A stretch of DNA of 63,768 nucleotides from positions 1 to 63,768 of the forward strand of contig JAZOSP010000122.1 in the NCBI GenBank assembly GCA_045657165.1, given 5' to 3'. Shown here in pieces: positions 55,130 to 63,768 of the stretch. The notes beneath the pieces are model-generated. The model ran no database searches. It saw only the letters and a list, made by a program, of their open reading frames with translations, and had not been told where the DNA came from. Within the stretch, counting starts at the first letter, position 1, and the number at the start of each line of letters is the position of its first letter. The position numbers and the translations under genes are program-made. The DNA is from Eubacteriales bacterium (GTDB lineage Bacteria; Bacillota; Clostridia; Oscillospirales; CAG-272).

Positions 55130-56557
55130 TTATATATTCTTTAGTACTTCTTTGAGGTAATCCCACACTCGCTCGGTCGAGGAAATCGAGAGGTGCTCCT
55201 CGGTCGTGTGAATGTCAAAGTTGTCAGGTCCTATCGAAACGCAGTCGAGCCCTTCGATTTTGTCCGAGAAAATTCCGCACTCAAGCCCTGCGTGTATAGT
55301 TACCACCGTGGGCGCCTTTCCGTACATTTTTTCATAGACGCGGCACATAGTGTCGCGAAGAGGTGACACCTTTCTATATTCCCACGCAGGGTAGGAGCCG
55401 TGCTCGCTTGAAGCTGCGCCTTGCTTCGCGGCAATGGCGCGTACTCGCTCGCCGAGCGCCGCTTTTTCGGCAGCCTTTGCCGAGCGGATAGAAAACGAGA
55501 GGGAAAGCTCGCCTTCAGTGAGCCTTGCAATACCCATATTAAGCGAGGTTTCGACAAGCCCCGGGATATCCTCACTCATAGCGATAACGCCGCTTGGCTC
55601 GCTCGTGATGAGCGACACTGCCGCGCGAGTCGATTCCTCGTCAAGCGCCAAGACGTCACCGTTGCATTCGCAGACTGTGATCATAATATCGTTTTCCGTC
55701 TTTATATACGTATTTTTTATACTCTCGATAAGAGAGAGTTCATCGTTGTTGATAGGCGTGCTTGCAACGACGGTCGCCTCGCACTCACGGGGGATTGCGT
55801 TGTCGGCGTTGCCGCCCGACAGCGATATAAGACGGATTTTATCCCCGAGCGAGGCGAGTGTCTCGCCGAGAATTTTAATTGCGTTCTCGCGCCCGCGGTC
55901 AATCTCAACGCCGCTATGACCGCCGAGAAGTCCGCTAACGGTAATTTTGTATCTTGTGCCCTCGCATGCCTCTCTTTTTGTGGACAGAGAAAGGTCGACT
56001 CTCATACCGCCCGCACAGCCGACGGTGAAAACACCCTCGTCGTCGGAGTCAATATTTATCATCATTCGTCCGCGAATATCAGAGGTGTCAAGCGCCACCG
56101 CACCGAGAAGCCCTACCTCCTCGTCTGAGGTGAAGATTGCTTCAAATTCGGGGTGCGGTATATCCGTCGAGTCGAGCACTGCAAGCGCGTAGGCAAGCGC
56201 TACGCCGTCGTCGCCGCCGAGGGTCGTGCCGCGAGCGCGGAGAAAATCTCCGTCGCGATAGACCTCGACGCCCTCACGTGTCATATCCTTATCAAGTGTT
56301 TGGAGCTTTTCCGCCACAATATCGGTATGACCCTGAAAAATAACGGTAGGTCGCCTCTCATAGCCTTCCGTTGCCGCCTTGCGTATAATCACGTTGTCGG
56401 CAGAGTCGCGCCGCACGTACAGGCCGCGCTCCTTTGCGAAATTCACGAGGTAGTCAGCAATGGGCGCGGTATTTCCAGAGCCGCGCGGAATTTCGGATAT
56501 CTCAAGAAAGAAGCGAAAAACGCTCCTTGCGGGATTTTTGTTAAGTAGCTCTTCCAT
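55130..56557 (-). CDS. pepD: Aminoacyl-histidine dipeptidase (M20C)
   Basis: IPRGSG, QGHTD, TTLGGDDG, DEEVG, GGHSG, NAIPR and IHAGLECG motifs. Confidence 0.92.
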   Translation of the reverse strand: MEELLNKNPARSVFRFFLEISEIPRGSGNTAPIADYLVNFAKERGLYVRRDSADNVIIRKAATEGYERRPTVIFQGHTDIVAEKLQTLDKDMTREGVEVYRDGDFLRARGTTLGGDDGVALAYALAVLDSTDIPHPEFEAIFTSDEEVGLLGAVALDTSDIRGRMMINIDSDDEGVFTVGCAGGMRVDLSLSTKREACEGTRYKITVSGLLGGHSGVEIDRGRENAIKILGETLASLGDKIRLISLSGGNADNAIPRECEATVVASTPINNDELSLIESIKNTYIKTENDIMITVCECNGDVLALDEESTRAAVSLITSEPSGVIAMSEDIPGLVETSLNMGIARLTEGELSLSFSIRSAKAAEKAALGERVRAIAAKQGAASSEHGSYPAWEYRKVSPLRDTMCRVYEKMYGKAPTVVTIHAGLECGIFSDKIEGLDCVSIGPDNFDIHTTEEHLSISSTERVWDYLKEVLKNI

Positions 56558-56602
56558 TTTATCTCCAATCAAAATGCTGTGATGTAATAATTACCACGTA
56601 AT

Positions 56603-56668
56603 ATTTTACACTAAACGCGCCCAATTTTCAAGTATTAAGTTGACTTTTTCGTCGTTAAGTAGTAAAAT
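56603..56668. promoter_or_regulatory. Back-to-back SigA promoters for pepD (-) and the M18 peptidase (+)
   Basis: Minus strand TTGAAA-17-TAAAAT (56631-56603); plus strand TTGACT-17-TAAAAT (56640-56668). Confidence 0.7.
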
Positions 56669-56707
56669 ATAATCGTTAAAGATTCAAAAAATAACGGGAG
56701 TATAAAT

Positions 56708-57988
56708 ATGGATTACGTAAATGGACTTTTTGAATTTATAAAAAAATCTCCAACCGCTTATCATACCGTCGATACGGTAAAGGAGGCGCTTATCGCGGCA
56801 GGTTACACCGAGTGCTCTGAAAAATCCTCGGAGGGCTACTCCGACGGAGGTCGGCATTTCGCAGTGCGCGACGGCTCGTCTATTATAGCATGGCGCGGTG
56901 AGATAAAGGGTGGATTTATGATATGCGCGACGCACGGCGACTCGCCTTCCTTTCGCGTAAAGCGCTCACCCGAGCTTGTCGGTGATTATAACCGCCTCGC
57001 AACCGAAAAATACGGCGGAATGATACATTATTCCTGGCTTGACCGCCCGCTTTCCGTAGCGGGCAGGGTAGAGGTCAGAACCGAGCGCGGTATAGAGAGC
57101 CGCCTCGTTAATATAGACCGCGACCTGCTTACCATTCCGAGCGTTGCAATTCATATGAATCGCACAGTCAATGACGGCTATAAATTCAACCCCGCGGTAG
57201 ACCTTTTGCCGCTCTTTGGCGTTGCCGACACTCGCGGGTGCTTCGAGACGGCTGTTGCCGAGGCTGCAGGAGTCGGAGCTGAGGATATAATTTCTCACGA
57301 CCTCTTCTTATACAACAGAGAGGAAGGACGGGTGCTTGGCGCCGATAACGGTCTTATCCTCGCACCGAGGCTTGACGACCTTGCTTGCGTTTATTCATCT
57401 CTTGTGGCGTTCCTTTCAGCCGACTCACGCACGGCAGTCCCCGTGCTTGCCGTCTTTGATAACGAGGAGGTAGGCTCTGAGACCAAGCAGGGCGCGGCAT
57501 CAACCTTCCTTGATTATACTCTCAGGCGCATTGCCGCGAGCGAGGAGCGTTACTACGCTATGCTCGCAGACAGCTTTATGGTCAGTGCCGATAACGCGCA
57601 CGCAAAGCACCCGAATCACCCCGAGCTTGCAGACCCTTCGGGCGCACCGCTTCTCGGCGGAGGAGTTGTAATAAAATACAATGCAAATCAGCGTTACGCA
57701 ACCGACGCTGTTTCCGACGCGATATTCCGCACGCTTGCACAGCGCGCAGGGGCACCGGTTCAAAGATACAATAACCGTGCCGATATGCCCGGAGGCTCGA
57801 CGCTCGGCTCGATAGCCGATACTCGCGTTTCGGTAGCTACCGTTGATATAGGACTTCCTCAGCTCGCTATGCACTCGGCAAGCGAGTGCATAGCTTCTCG
57901 GGATATTGAGTCGCTCGTTCGTGCTCTTACCGAGCTTTATTCCTCGGGTATTGTCGCAGACGGTGAAAAAATCGACATTGTAAAATAA
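56708..57988 (+). CDS. apeB: M18-family (aspartyl) aminopeptidase
   Basis: HGDSP, WLDRPL, RLDD, FDNEEVGS, SADNAHAKHPN, GGSTLG and LAMHS motifs. Confidence 0.9.
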   Translation: MDYVNGLFEFIKKSPTAYHTVDTVKEALIAAGYTECSEKSSEGYSDGGRHFAVRDGSSIIAWRGEIKGGFMICATHGDSPSFRVKRSPELVGDYNRLATEKYGGMIHYSWLDRPLSVAGRVEVRTERGIESRLVNIDRDLLTIPSVAIHMNRTVNDGYKFNPAVDLLPLFGVADTRGCFETAVAEAAGVGAEDIISHDLFLYNREEGRVLGADNGLILAPRLDDLACVYSSLVAFLSADSRTAVPVLAVFDNEEVGSETKQGAASTFLDYTLRRIAASEERYYAMLADSFMVSADNAHAKHPNHPELADPSGAPLLGGGVVIKYNANQRYATDAVSDAIFRTLAQRAGAPVQRYNNRADMPGGSTLGSIADTRVSVATVDIGLPQLAMHSASECIASRDIESLVRALTELYSSGIVADGEKIDIVK

Positions 57989-57995
57989 GAAAAAA

Positions 57996-58031
57996 GCGCG
58001 CTAATGCAAACTAAAGCTTGCATTAGCGCGC
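57996..58031. terminator. Terminator between convergent genes
   Basis: GCGCGCTAATGCAA / TTGCATTAGCGCGC stem preceded by an A-run. Confidence 0.8.
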
Positions 58032-58043
58032 AAAATACAGAAT

Positions 58044-58673
58044 TTAATCTTCAATCAGCTTTCTTGCCGAAGCGCAAATAATTTGTGCCGTGCCTTCAAT
58101 TCCGAGAGTAGAGGAGTTGATTGCGATATCGTAGTTATCGTATTTGCCCCACTTGTTACCTGTATAGAAATTATAGTATGTAGAGCGGCGCTTGTCGGTT
58201 TTGTTGATAACGTCGATAATCTGCGAGGATTTAATTTCGGGGTGTCTCTCGGCAACGCGAGCCTGCCTGTGGTCAAGGTCACCGTAAATGAAGAGACGAA
58301 GCACGTTTTCTTCGTCGCGTAAAACGTAATCGGCACATCTGCCTATAATAACGCAGCTGCCCTCCTTGGCATATTCCTTGATAGCCTCGGACTGAAGTAT
58401 GAAAAGCCTATCGTTAAGCGGCATTTTGTAGCCGAAATGCATAGTAGTACCAAGAACGTTTGAGCCCATAGCAAGCGTGTAGAGAAGACTGTTTGCCGCA
58501 GATTCGTCGGCAGTCTTAATTACGTCTGCATTGAGGCTTCCTTTAGCTGCGGCGTCTGTTATAAGCTCCTTGTCGAAAATCGGAATGCCGAGAAGCTCTG
58601 CAACTCTCTCACCGATTTCTCTACCGCCGCTACCGTACTGACGTGCAATTGTGATAATGATTTTTTTAGACAT
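58044..58673 (-). CDS. Cytidylate kinase-like family protein
   Basis: ITIARQYGSGG, CVIIGRCAD, DKRRSTYY and YDIAINS motifs. Confidence 0.88.
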   Translation of the reverse strand: MSKKIIITIARQYGSGGREIGERVAELLGIPIFDKELITDAAAKGSLNADVIKTADESAANSLLYTLAMGSNVLGTTMHFGYKMPLNDRLFILQSEAIKEYAKEGSCVIIGRCADYVLRDEENVLRLFIYGDLDHRQARVAERHPEIKSSQIIDVINKTDKRRSTYYNFYTGNKWGKYDNYDIAINSSTLGIEGTAQIICASARKLIED

Positions 58674-58705
58674 AAAGACCTCCGAGTTTTTTCTTTGCTA
58701 TTTAT

Positions 58706-58734
58706 ATTATAGCAAAAAAACTTATACTTGTAAA
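58706..58734 (-). promoter_or_regulatory. SigA promoter of the cytidylate-kinase-like gene
   Basis: TTTACA-17 nt-TATAAT with TG extension. Confidence 0.65.
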
Positions 58735-58821
58735 GTGTTTTTTGTCGTCTTTGACCAAAAAAATAAAATTTTCCGGCAAAAAGTGCCCAAAATGCACAAA
58801 TCAAACCTAAAGGAGCGCTGT

Positions 58822-59796
58822 ATGAACCTCACCCATAATACGATAGCAGAAACCTATTGCTGTGCCGAAACCGGGATTGACTCTAAAAAAGCTGATGTAA
58901 TTCTTGGCACCTCGGGCACTCTTACAAGCGACGGCTGGCTTCTCGATAATCTGCCGCGCCGCCCAAGGGATTCTAACAAGGGCAGCTTTGGCAAGACGCT
59001 TGTCATATGTGGCTCGGATAAATACAGAGGTGCTGCGCACCTCACACTCGCCGCGGCATTGCGCGGCGGTGCTGGTTACGTCACGTACCTTGGCAGCGCG
59101 GAGCTTGCAAGAGAGCTGCGAGCCGTATATCCCGAGGCAATTTACGTGGATAAATATGACGTAAATACGTTAGATGGCGGGGGCGTGTCGCAAATTTGCG
59201 AGATTTCGAAAGGCTGTACCTCAAGCGTCATAGGCTCGGGCTCGGGCGTGTCGCGCTCGCTTTTCTCGCTCATTCGGGCACTCATATTCATCGAGGGCGG
59301 TACTTTGATAATTGACGCCGACGGACTAAACTCGATATCAAGGTATGCCGAGTCGGTTGAAGATGTTTTTCGGATCGCGCGCCGCAAAATAATTATTACC
59401 CCTCACCCGCTTGAGCTATCAAGGCTCTCAGGACTGTCGGTTGAGGCGATTCAGTCGGATAGAATTTGTGTGGCAAGGCGGCTTGCGAGTGAGTGGGGAG
59501 TCGTGCTTCTTCTCAAGGGTGCGGATACTGTTATAACAGACGGGGAGCGCCTTTTAATAAACGGCTCGGGCTCATCAGCTCTCGCAAAGGCAGGCTCAGG
59601 TGACGTCCTCTCGGGGCTCCTCGCCTCGGTTGCGGCTTATACTGCCGACCCCTTGACGGCGGCAGGAATAGCAGCCTATCTTCACGGCAAGGCGGCCGAC
59701 GGACTTGCAAAGGAGCTTACCGATTATGGCGTGACCCCATCTGATTTGCCGAGGGAGATATGCAAAACGCTTGCAAGGATAATAAAAGGAGGCTGA
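58822..59796 (+). CDS. nnrD: ADP-dependent NAD(P)H-hydrate dehydratase (stand-alone)
   Basis: SNKGSFG, GAAHL, IIDADGL, TPHPLE, LKG and AKAGSGDVL motifs; ATG at 58822 after AAGGAG. Confidence 0.9.
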   Translation: MNLTHNTIAETYCCAETGIDSKKADVILGTSGTLTSDGWLLDNLPRRPRDSNKGSFGKTLVICGSDKYRGAAHLTLAAALRGGAGYVTYLGSAELARELRAVYPEAIYVDKYDVNTLDGGGVSQICEISKGCTSSVIGSGSGVSRSLFSLIRALIFIEGGTLIIDADGLNSISRYAESVEDVFRIARRKIIITPHPLELSRLSGLSVEAIQSDRICVARRLASEWGVVLLLKGADTVITDGERLLINGSGSSALAKAGSGDVLSGLLASVAAYTADPLTAAGIAAYLHGKAADGLAKELTDYGVTPSDLPREICKTLARIIKGG

Positions 59797-59814
59797 AAAA
59801 ATCAGCCTCCTTTT
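59784..59814. terminator. Bidirectional terminator overlapping the nnrD stop
   Basis: AAAAGGAGGCTGA / TCAGCCTCCTTTT. Confidence 0.8.
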
Positions 59815-59815
59815 A

Positions 59816-61081
59816 TTATCTTACCTCCACCATACGGTAAAGATACTCGGCAACCTCTGCGCGAGTTGCCGCTTCCATAAGCGAGGTGTCCTCGGAATCA
59901 AATATACCGAGAGTTCGCATAGCGCTTACACCTGCTCGTGCCCAGACGGGGATATCCTCGTCGGTTGCGAAAACGCTCTCCTCAACCTCGCCGTTTTTGC
60001 CGAGCAGCTCTGCCATAACCCTTGCTGCCTCATATTTCGTTATCGCCTCGTTCGGGGAATAGAGGAGCTTTCCGTCCTTGAAATCACCCACGACGAGCCC
60101 TATCCTCTGCGCTGTGGCGATATAGCCCTTAAGCGAGGCGGGAATATCTGCGTCGTCGTCAAAATAGGTTGCGGAGAGCGTGGAGTCGGCGCGTATGCCC
60201 ATTGCCTTCATAGCCATAGCCACAAATTCTGCGCGCGTGACCTCCTTGTCGGGCGAAAAATACATATCGTCGCCAAGGAGCGTGCCGCCCATAACGCCCA
60301 TAGCTGTCATAGCAACTGCCGCGCCGTATTCGGCTCTTTCCTTCATATCAATATACTCGGCGTCGCACATTCTTGCCGTGACGCGCACGGTTACCGACAC
60401 AGGCTCTGACCAGTTTCCGTATTCGTCACGTGCAACGTAGGAAAAGCGGTCGCTGCCCGTAAAGCCATCGGCAGGCGTGTAGCAATATCTGCCGTCCTCG
60501 CCGGGAATAAGCGAGAGGCTTCCTCTTTTCGGGTAGGTGACGATCATATAACTGATATCGTCACCCTCGGGGTCCTTTGCCGTGAGGTTGCCGTAAACCG
60601 AAATTTCAGCCTGCGTTCTAACTGACACGTCGGCTGTCTCACCGCCTGCCTCGGGGGCGTAATTTACCTTATTTATGAACTTCATTATGCACTCAATCTC
60701 CGCGCCGCCCGCATAGCCGTCAACCGTAAATGAGAAGCGACACTCCGTAACCGAATCGGAGGAGGGAATAAATACGAGCGAGGCAAGGCTCTTACGCTTG
60801 ATTACGCGCCCCTCGCCGACACGTCTGCCGCCGAGAAGAAGCGTGCCCTCTGTCGAGGAGGGAATTTTCGTTATAGTCACCGTGTCAAAATCCGAAAGAC
60901 AGAGAGCTGACTTAAAATCTGCGTCGCTGAAGGTAAGCTTTTGCCCTATAAGCCCCGTCTTAATCATGTTGACGTCAGATGCTACGACTGCCGCACCGCT
61001 TCCGAAATATGCAAGGGCGGTGGTTGAAAATCCTGCTGTCAGAAATAATAGTGCCAAAATTAAAGAAACGCTTTTTTTCAT
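59816..61081 (-). CDS. Secreted protein with cadherin/Ig-like (Big_9-like) domains and C-terminal SLH repeats
   Basis: Signal peptide; DPEGD...YTP...FTGSDRFSY Ig-like motif; three SLH motifs (VTRAEF, ITKYEA, ATRAEV). Confidence 0.85.
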   Translation of the reverse strand: MKKSVSLILALLFLTAGFSTTALAYFGSGAAVVASDVNMIKTGLIGQKLTFSDADFKSALCLSDFDTVTITKIPSSTEGTLLLGGRRVGEGRVIKRKSLASLVFIPSSDSVTECRFSFTVDGYAGGAEIECIMKFINKVNYAPEAGGETADVSVRTQAEISVYGNLTAKDPEGDDISYMIVTYPKRGSLSLIPGEDGRYCYTPADGFTGSDRFSYVARDEYGNWSEPVSVTVRVTARMCDAEYIDMKERAEYGAAVAMTAMGVMGGTLLGDDMYFSPDKEVTRAEFVAMAMKAMGIRADSTLSATYFDDDADIPASLKGYIATAQRIGLVVGDFKDGKLLYSPNEAITKYEAARVMAELLGKNGEVEESVFATDEDIPVWARAGVSAMRTLGIFDSEDTSLMEAATRAEVAEYLYRMVEVR

Positions 61082-61111
61082 TTTCCTTTTCCTTTCCGTT
61101 AAGCTTTAGGA

Positions 61112-61141
61112 TATTTTTTCCCTGAAAGGCAGGCTTTATGC
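61112..61141 (-). promoter_or_regulatory. SigF-like (forespore) promoter of the SLH gene
   Basis: GCATA-15 nt-GGAAAAAATA matches the B. subtilis SigF consensus GYATA-N15-GGNNANAHTR. Confidence 0.6.
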
Positions 61142-61185
61142 AAGGACGTGCCCCAACTTTTTATCGGATATTTTCACAAAACGAG

Positions 61186-61214
61186 TTGACTTTCCCACAC
61201 CTATAATGTATAAT
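61186..61214 (+). promoter_or_regulatory. SigA promoter
   Basis: TTGACT-17 nt-TATAAT. Confidence 0.7.
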
Positions 61215-61242
61215 TTTTTTAGTAATTTGCAGGGGGAGTCAA

Positions 61243-61986
61243 ATGGACAGGACTCGCTTTTTTGAGGCTCGGCGACGCGTTTTGTCAGAGGAGGTGTCCG
61301 AGGGCGGTATAGGGACGCTTGGAGAAAAGCTTCTTCACAAGGTGCTGAAATATTATTTCGAGCCCTGTGAGGAGCACCACGAGAGGGAGCTGCTTGGCAG
61401 CGTTGCCGATATTTTTGACGGTGAGCGCGTCGTGGAAATTCAGACGAGGGCGTTTAATAAGCTCTTGCCAAAGCTTCGTAAATTTCTCCCTCATTATCCC
61501 GTTACGGTTGTGTACCCCATAGTAAGAGTGCGCGTTTTGCATTGGCTCGACCGTGAAACGGGAGAGCTTACTCCGCCAAGGAAAAGCACAAAACGGGGTA
61601 AATATTCCGACGCTCTACCCGAGCTATCGGCAATACGCGAGCTTATCCCGAACGAAAACCTGACGGTGAAGCTGGTATATCTTGACTCTGAGGAGTACCG
61701 CTACCTTGACGGCTGGGATAAGAGCAGGAAGCACGGTGCAACAAAGCTCCAGCTAATACCTACCGATATTATAGCAATTGAGGAGCTTGCCTCTCGTGAC
61801 GATTACCGCTGCCTTTTGCCCGAGGGACTCCCTGAGCAGTTTTGCGCCGAGGAGCTTTACCGCGTGCTCGGTATGAGAGGCAGGCGGGCATATTTTTCAC
61901 TCAACCTTTTGCGCGAGCTGGGTATAATAAAGCAAACAGGCACTCGCGGCAGAGCATACATATATGAAATAAATAAGGAAGTTTAG
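61243..61986 (+). CDS. Hypothetical protein with a PD-(D/E)XK-like nuclease motif and possible C-terminal winged helix
   Basis: E..H in the first helix (GEKLLHKVLK); ADIFD...VVEIQT; C-terminal LLRELGIIKQTGTRGRAYIY. Confidence 0.6.
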   Translation: MDRTRFFEARRRVLSEEVSEGGIGTLGEKLLHKVLKYYFEPCEEHHERELLGSVADIFDGERVVEIQTRAFNKLLPKLRKFLPHYPVTVVYPIVRVRVLHWLDRETGELTPPRKSTKRGKYSDALPELSAIRELIPNENLTVKLVYLDSEEYRYLDGWDKSRKHGATKLQLIPTDIIAIEELASRDDYRCLLPEGLPEQFCAEELYRVLGMRGRRAYFSLNLLRELGIIKQTGTRGRAYIYEINKEV

Positions 61987-62721
61987 ATGAAAATCAAGGG
62001 TATTGTATTTGATAAGGACGGCACGCTTCTCGATTACGAGCGGTGCTGGTATCCCGTGACTCTTGCCGCTATCGAGCAGGTTGCGGCAAAATATCCGGGT
62101 GCTGAGGTCTGCCGCGAGGGGATAAAGAGCAGGCTCGGGCTTTTGCCCGACGGCTCGATGGATATCGACGGCCCGCACTGTCGCGGGCTGCACCCCGAAA
62201 TCGCTATGGCGTTCCTCGACGAATACGAGGCGGCGGGAATAGAGTACGATAGGGACACATTGATTGCCGACGTAGGCGAGGGCTTTCGAACGTCGCTTCC
62301 GTACGGCGAGGTTGTGCCGATTTGTGACGGAATGAGAGAGCTGCTCGAGTCGCTAAAGAAGCAGGGAATAAAGCTCGGGCTTATCACCTCCGATACGATT
62401 TACGGCGCAAGGCATACGCTTTCAAAACTCGGGATAGCCGACGCATTTGAGGTGCTTTTAACAAACGACGGTGAACACCCCGCCAAGCCCGACCCCTATT
62501 ATATGACGGTTTTTGAGAGAGAAACAGGACTTTCGCCCGACGAGATTCTTATGGTTGGCGATACCTTCTCGGATATAGATTTCGGTATCAACGCAGGAAC
62601 TCACACCCTTGGAGTAGCAAAGACCGAGAAGAACAGAAGGAAGCTTGAAACAAAAGCCGAATTTGTATCCTACGACATTACCGATATATTTAACGTGCTT
62701 GGAAAAATTGAAGGTAATTAA
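61987..62721 (+). CDS. HAD-superfamily phosphatase
   Basis: FDKDGTL, LITSD, KPDP and MVGDTFSD motifs. Confidence 0.9.
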   Translation: MKIKGIVFDKDGTLLDYERCWYPVTLAAIEQVAAKYPGAEVCREGIKSRLGLLPDGSMDIDGPHCRGLHPEIAMAFLDEYEAAGIEYDRDTLIADVGEGFRTSLPYGEVVPICDGMRELLESLKKQGIKLGLITSDTIYGARHTLSKLGIADAFEVLLTNDGEHPAKPDPYYMTVFERETGLSPDEILMVGDTFSDIDFGINAGTHTLGVAKTEKNRRKLETKAEFVSYDITDIFNVLGKIEGN

Positions 62722-62725
62722 AGCA

Positions 62726-62755
62726 GCGCACGTTCCGAGATCTCGGAACGGGCGC
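62726..62755. terminator. Hairpin between convergent HAD and AraC genes
   Basis: GCGC-A-CGTTCCGAGA / TCTCGGAACG-G-GCGC. Confidence 0.6.
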
Positions 62756-62759
62756 CGCT

Positions 62760-63635
62760 TTATGCTAAGTTTATCGTTTTTGCGTATTCGCTCGGTGACA
62801 CGCCGACCTCGCGCTTGAATGCGCGTGAGAAGGTGTGAATAGAGGAGTAGCCGAGCGCCTCGGAGGTAGCGCTGACCGTATGAGTGCCGCCCGCGAGAAG
62901 CTTTTTTGCCTCGGCGAGCCTTTGCTTTTCGTGATATTCCATAGGGCTTGTGCCCGCAAAGTCACGGAAAATAGAGAAAAGCTTGCTTTTTCCCATATAA
63001 AAGCGTGAGCACAGCTCGGAGAGGGTGACCGTTCTCGCCCGGTTTTCTGAAAGATAGTTGGCTATCAGCTCCGCAATAGAGCTCTCGCCAATAGAGCGCG
63101 CTCCGCAGATAGCAAAGGAGCGCTCAGCCGTGCCGCCTCGCATAAGCTGAATCAGTAGCTCCGTGAGATAACATTCGAGCATTTGAGTCGAGCCGAGGGG
63201 CGAGTCAGAAAAATCAATAGGATTTTTATCGTTGCGGTCACCCGGTAATCTGCCGAGCGCGTGCTTTGCCTCATCTAAAAATAGCGAGAGAAGCGTTTTT
63301 TCGGTCTTACCGAGGGTAAAGGTCTTGCCGTTGAAGAAATTCATAGCCTCGCTATGCGAGGTAAAGGCCACGACTATCATATTGTTGGGCATACCGCCGC
63401 TTGAGGCATGAGCGTGTATTTCCATAGGACGGTGAAAAATTATCTCGCCCTGACCGAGCCGACGGCCTCGCGTGCCGGACACGGCAAAAATCTCGCCCAT
63501 ATCGACGTAAACCATCTCCCAGAAGGTATGGCGCTCGGGTGGGTGAGAAAAGTTCTTTCCAAACTCAAAATAGTATATGCTGTTAAAGCCCTCGATTACT
63601 ATGTCGCGCTTTACGGCGTTAAGCTCAAAGTCCAT
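62760..63635 (-). CDS. AraC-family transcriptional regulator (cupin sensor plus HTH)
   Basis: ERHTFWEMVYVD and PMEIH cupin motifs; C-terminal LGYSSIHTFSRAFKREVGVSPSEY; GGAG favours ATG at 63635 (alternative 63647). Confidence 0.9.
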   Translation of the reverse strand: MDFELNAVKRDIVIEGFNSIYYFEFGKNFSHPPERHTFWEMVYVDMGEIFAVSGTRGRRLGQGEIIFHRPMEIHAHASSGGMPNNMIVVAFTSHSEAMNFFNGKTFTLGKTEKTLLSLFLDEAKHALGRLPGDRNDKNPIDFSDSPLGSTQMLECYLTELLIQLMRGGTAERSFAICGARSIGESSIAELIANYLSENRARTVTLSELCSRFYMGKSKLFSIFRDFAGTSPMEYHEKQRLAEAKKLLAGGTHTVSATSEALGYSSIHTFSRAFKREVGVSPSEYAKTINLA

Positions 63636-63768
63636 ACAAATCTCCATTCTGTCGCCCGACGGCGACCGTACAAAGCATTAATGCGTGAAACATACGTAAC
63701 AAGAAAATAGACGCGGATATACCTTAGTACTAATAATTATTTTTTGAAATTGCGGAATATATGTTAAA

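Noticed and set aside
55421..56128. 235-aa plus-strand ORF and many similar 60-230 aa overlapping ORFs across the window
   Set aside because: Antisense or alternate-frame to well-supported genes, with no motifs or RBS
58783..58799. Second copy of a TTGTGCA-N3-TGCACAA palindrome (Rex-like) upstream of nnrD
   Set aside because: Three mismatches in the left arm and spacing unlike Rex; too weak to call
58651..58821. Long N-terminal extension of nnrD in the ORF track
   Set aside because: It overlaps the divergent gene and its promoter; AAGGAG supports ATG at 58822
63651..63666. GTCGCC/GGCGAC hairpin upstream of the AraC gene
   Set aside because: Only a 6-bp stem near the window edge; insufficient context to assign a function

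Overview
Chromosomal window from a spore-forming Clostridia-type (Bacillota) bacterium. The evidence is PolC, the pyrH-frr-uppS-cdsA-dxr-rseP-ispG-polC block, near-consensus SigA promoters and sporulation-sigma-like promoters. Left to right: a CNNM/CorC (hemolysin-family) Mg2+-transporter-like gene with a candidate acidic leader-peptide attenuator; a YpsA/SLOG gene; a membrane protein; split transketolase; the pyrH...polC housekeeping operon; three small hypothetical genes behind a SigK/SigE-like promoter; a phosphoesterase; a membrane XRE regulator coupled to an ABC exporter; a ROK kinase; and iscS-iscU-mnmA. The centre is a 14-kb, seven-gene carbohydrate-uptake-like locus: a giant non-lipoprotein solute-binding protein, 4 permeases, an NHL-TPR-Yip1 protein with an LRR-like insert, and a large DUF5696-like protein, with no ATPase, hydrolase or regulator. 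This locus is much richer in GATC than its flanks. The right part holds a complete nine-gene Phe/Tyr (aro) operon, mglBAC, an FAD oxidoreductase, three metallopeptidases, a cytidylate-kinase-like gene, nnrD, an SLH protein with a SigF-like promoter, a PD-(D/E)XK-like protein, a HAD hydrolase and an AraC regulator. I saw no rRNA, tRNA, CRISPR array, transposase or integrase. All family assignments are from motif recognition by eye; no searches were run.
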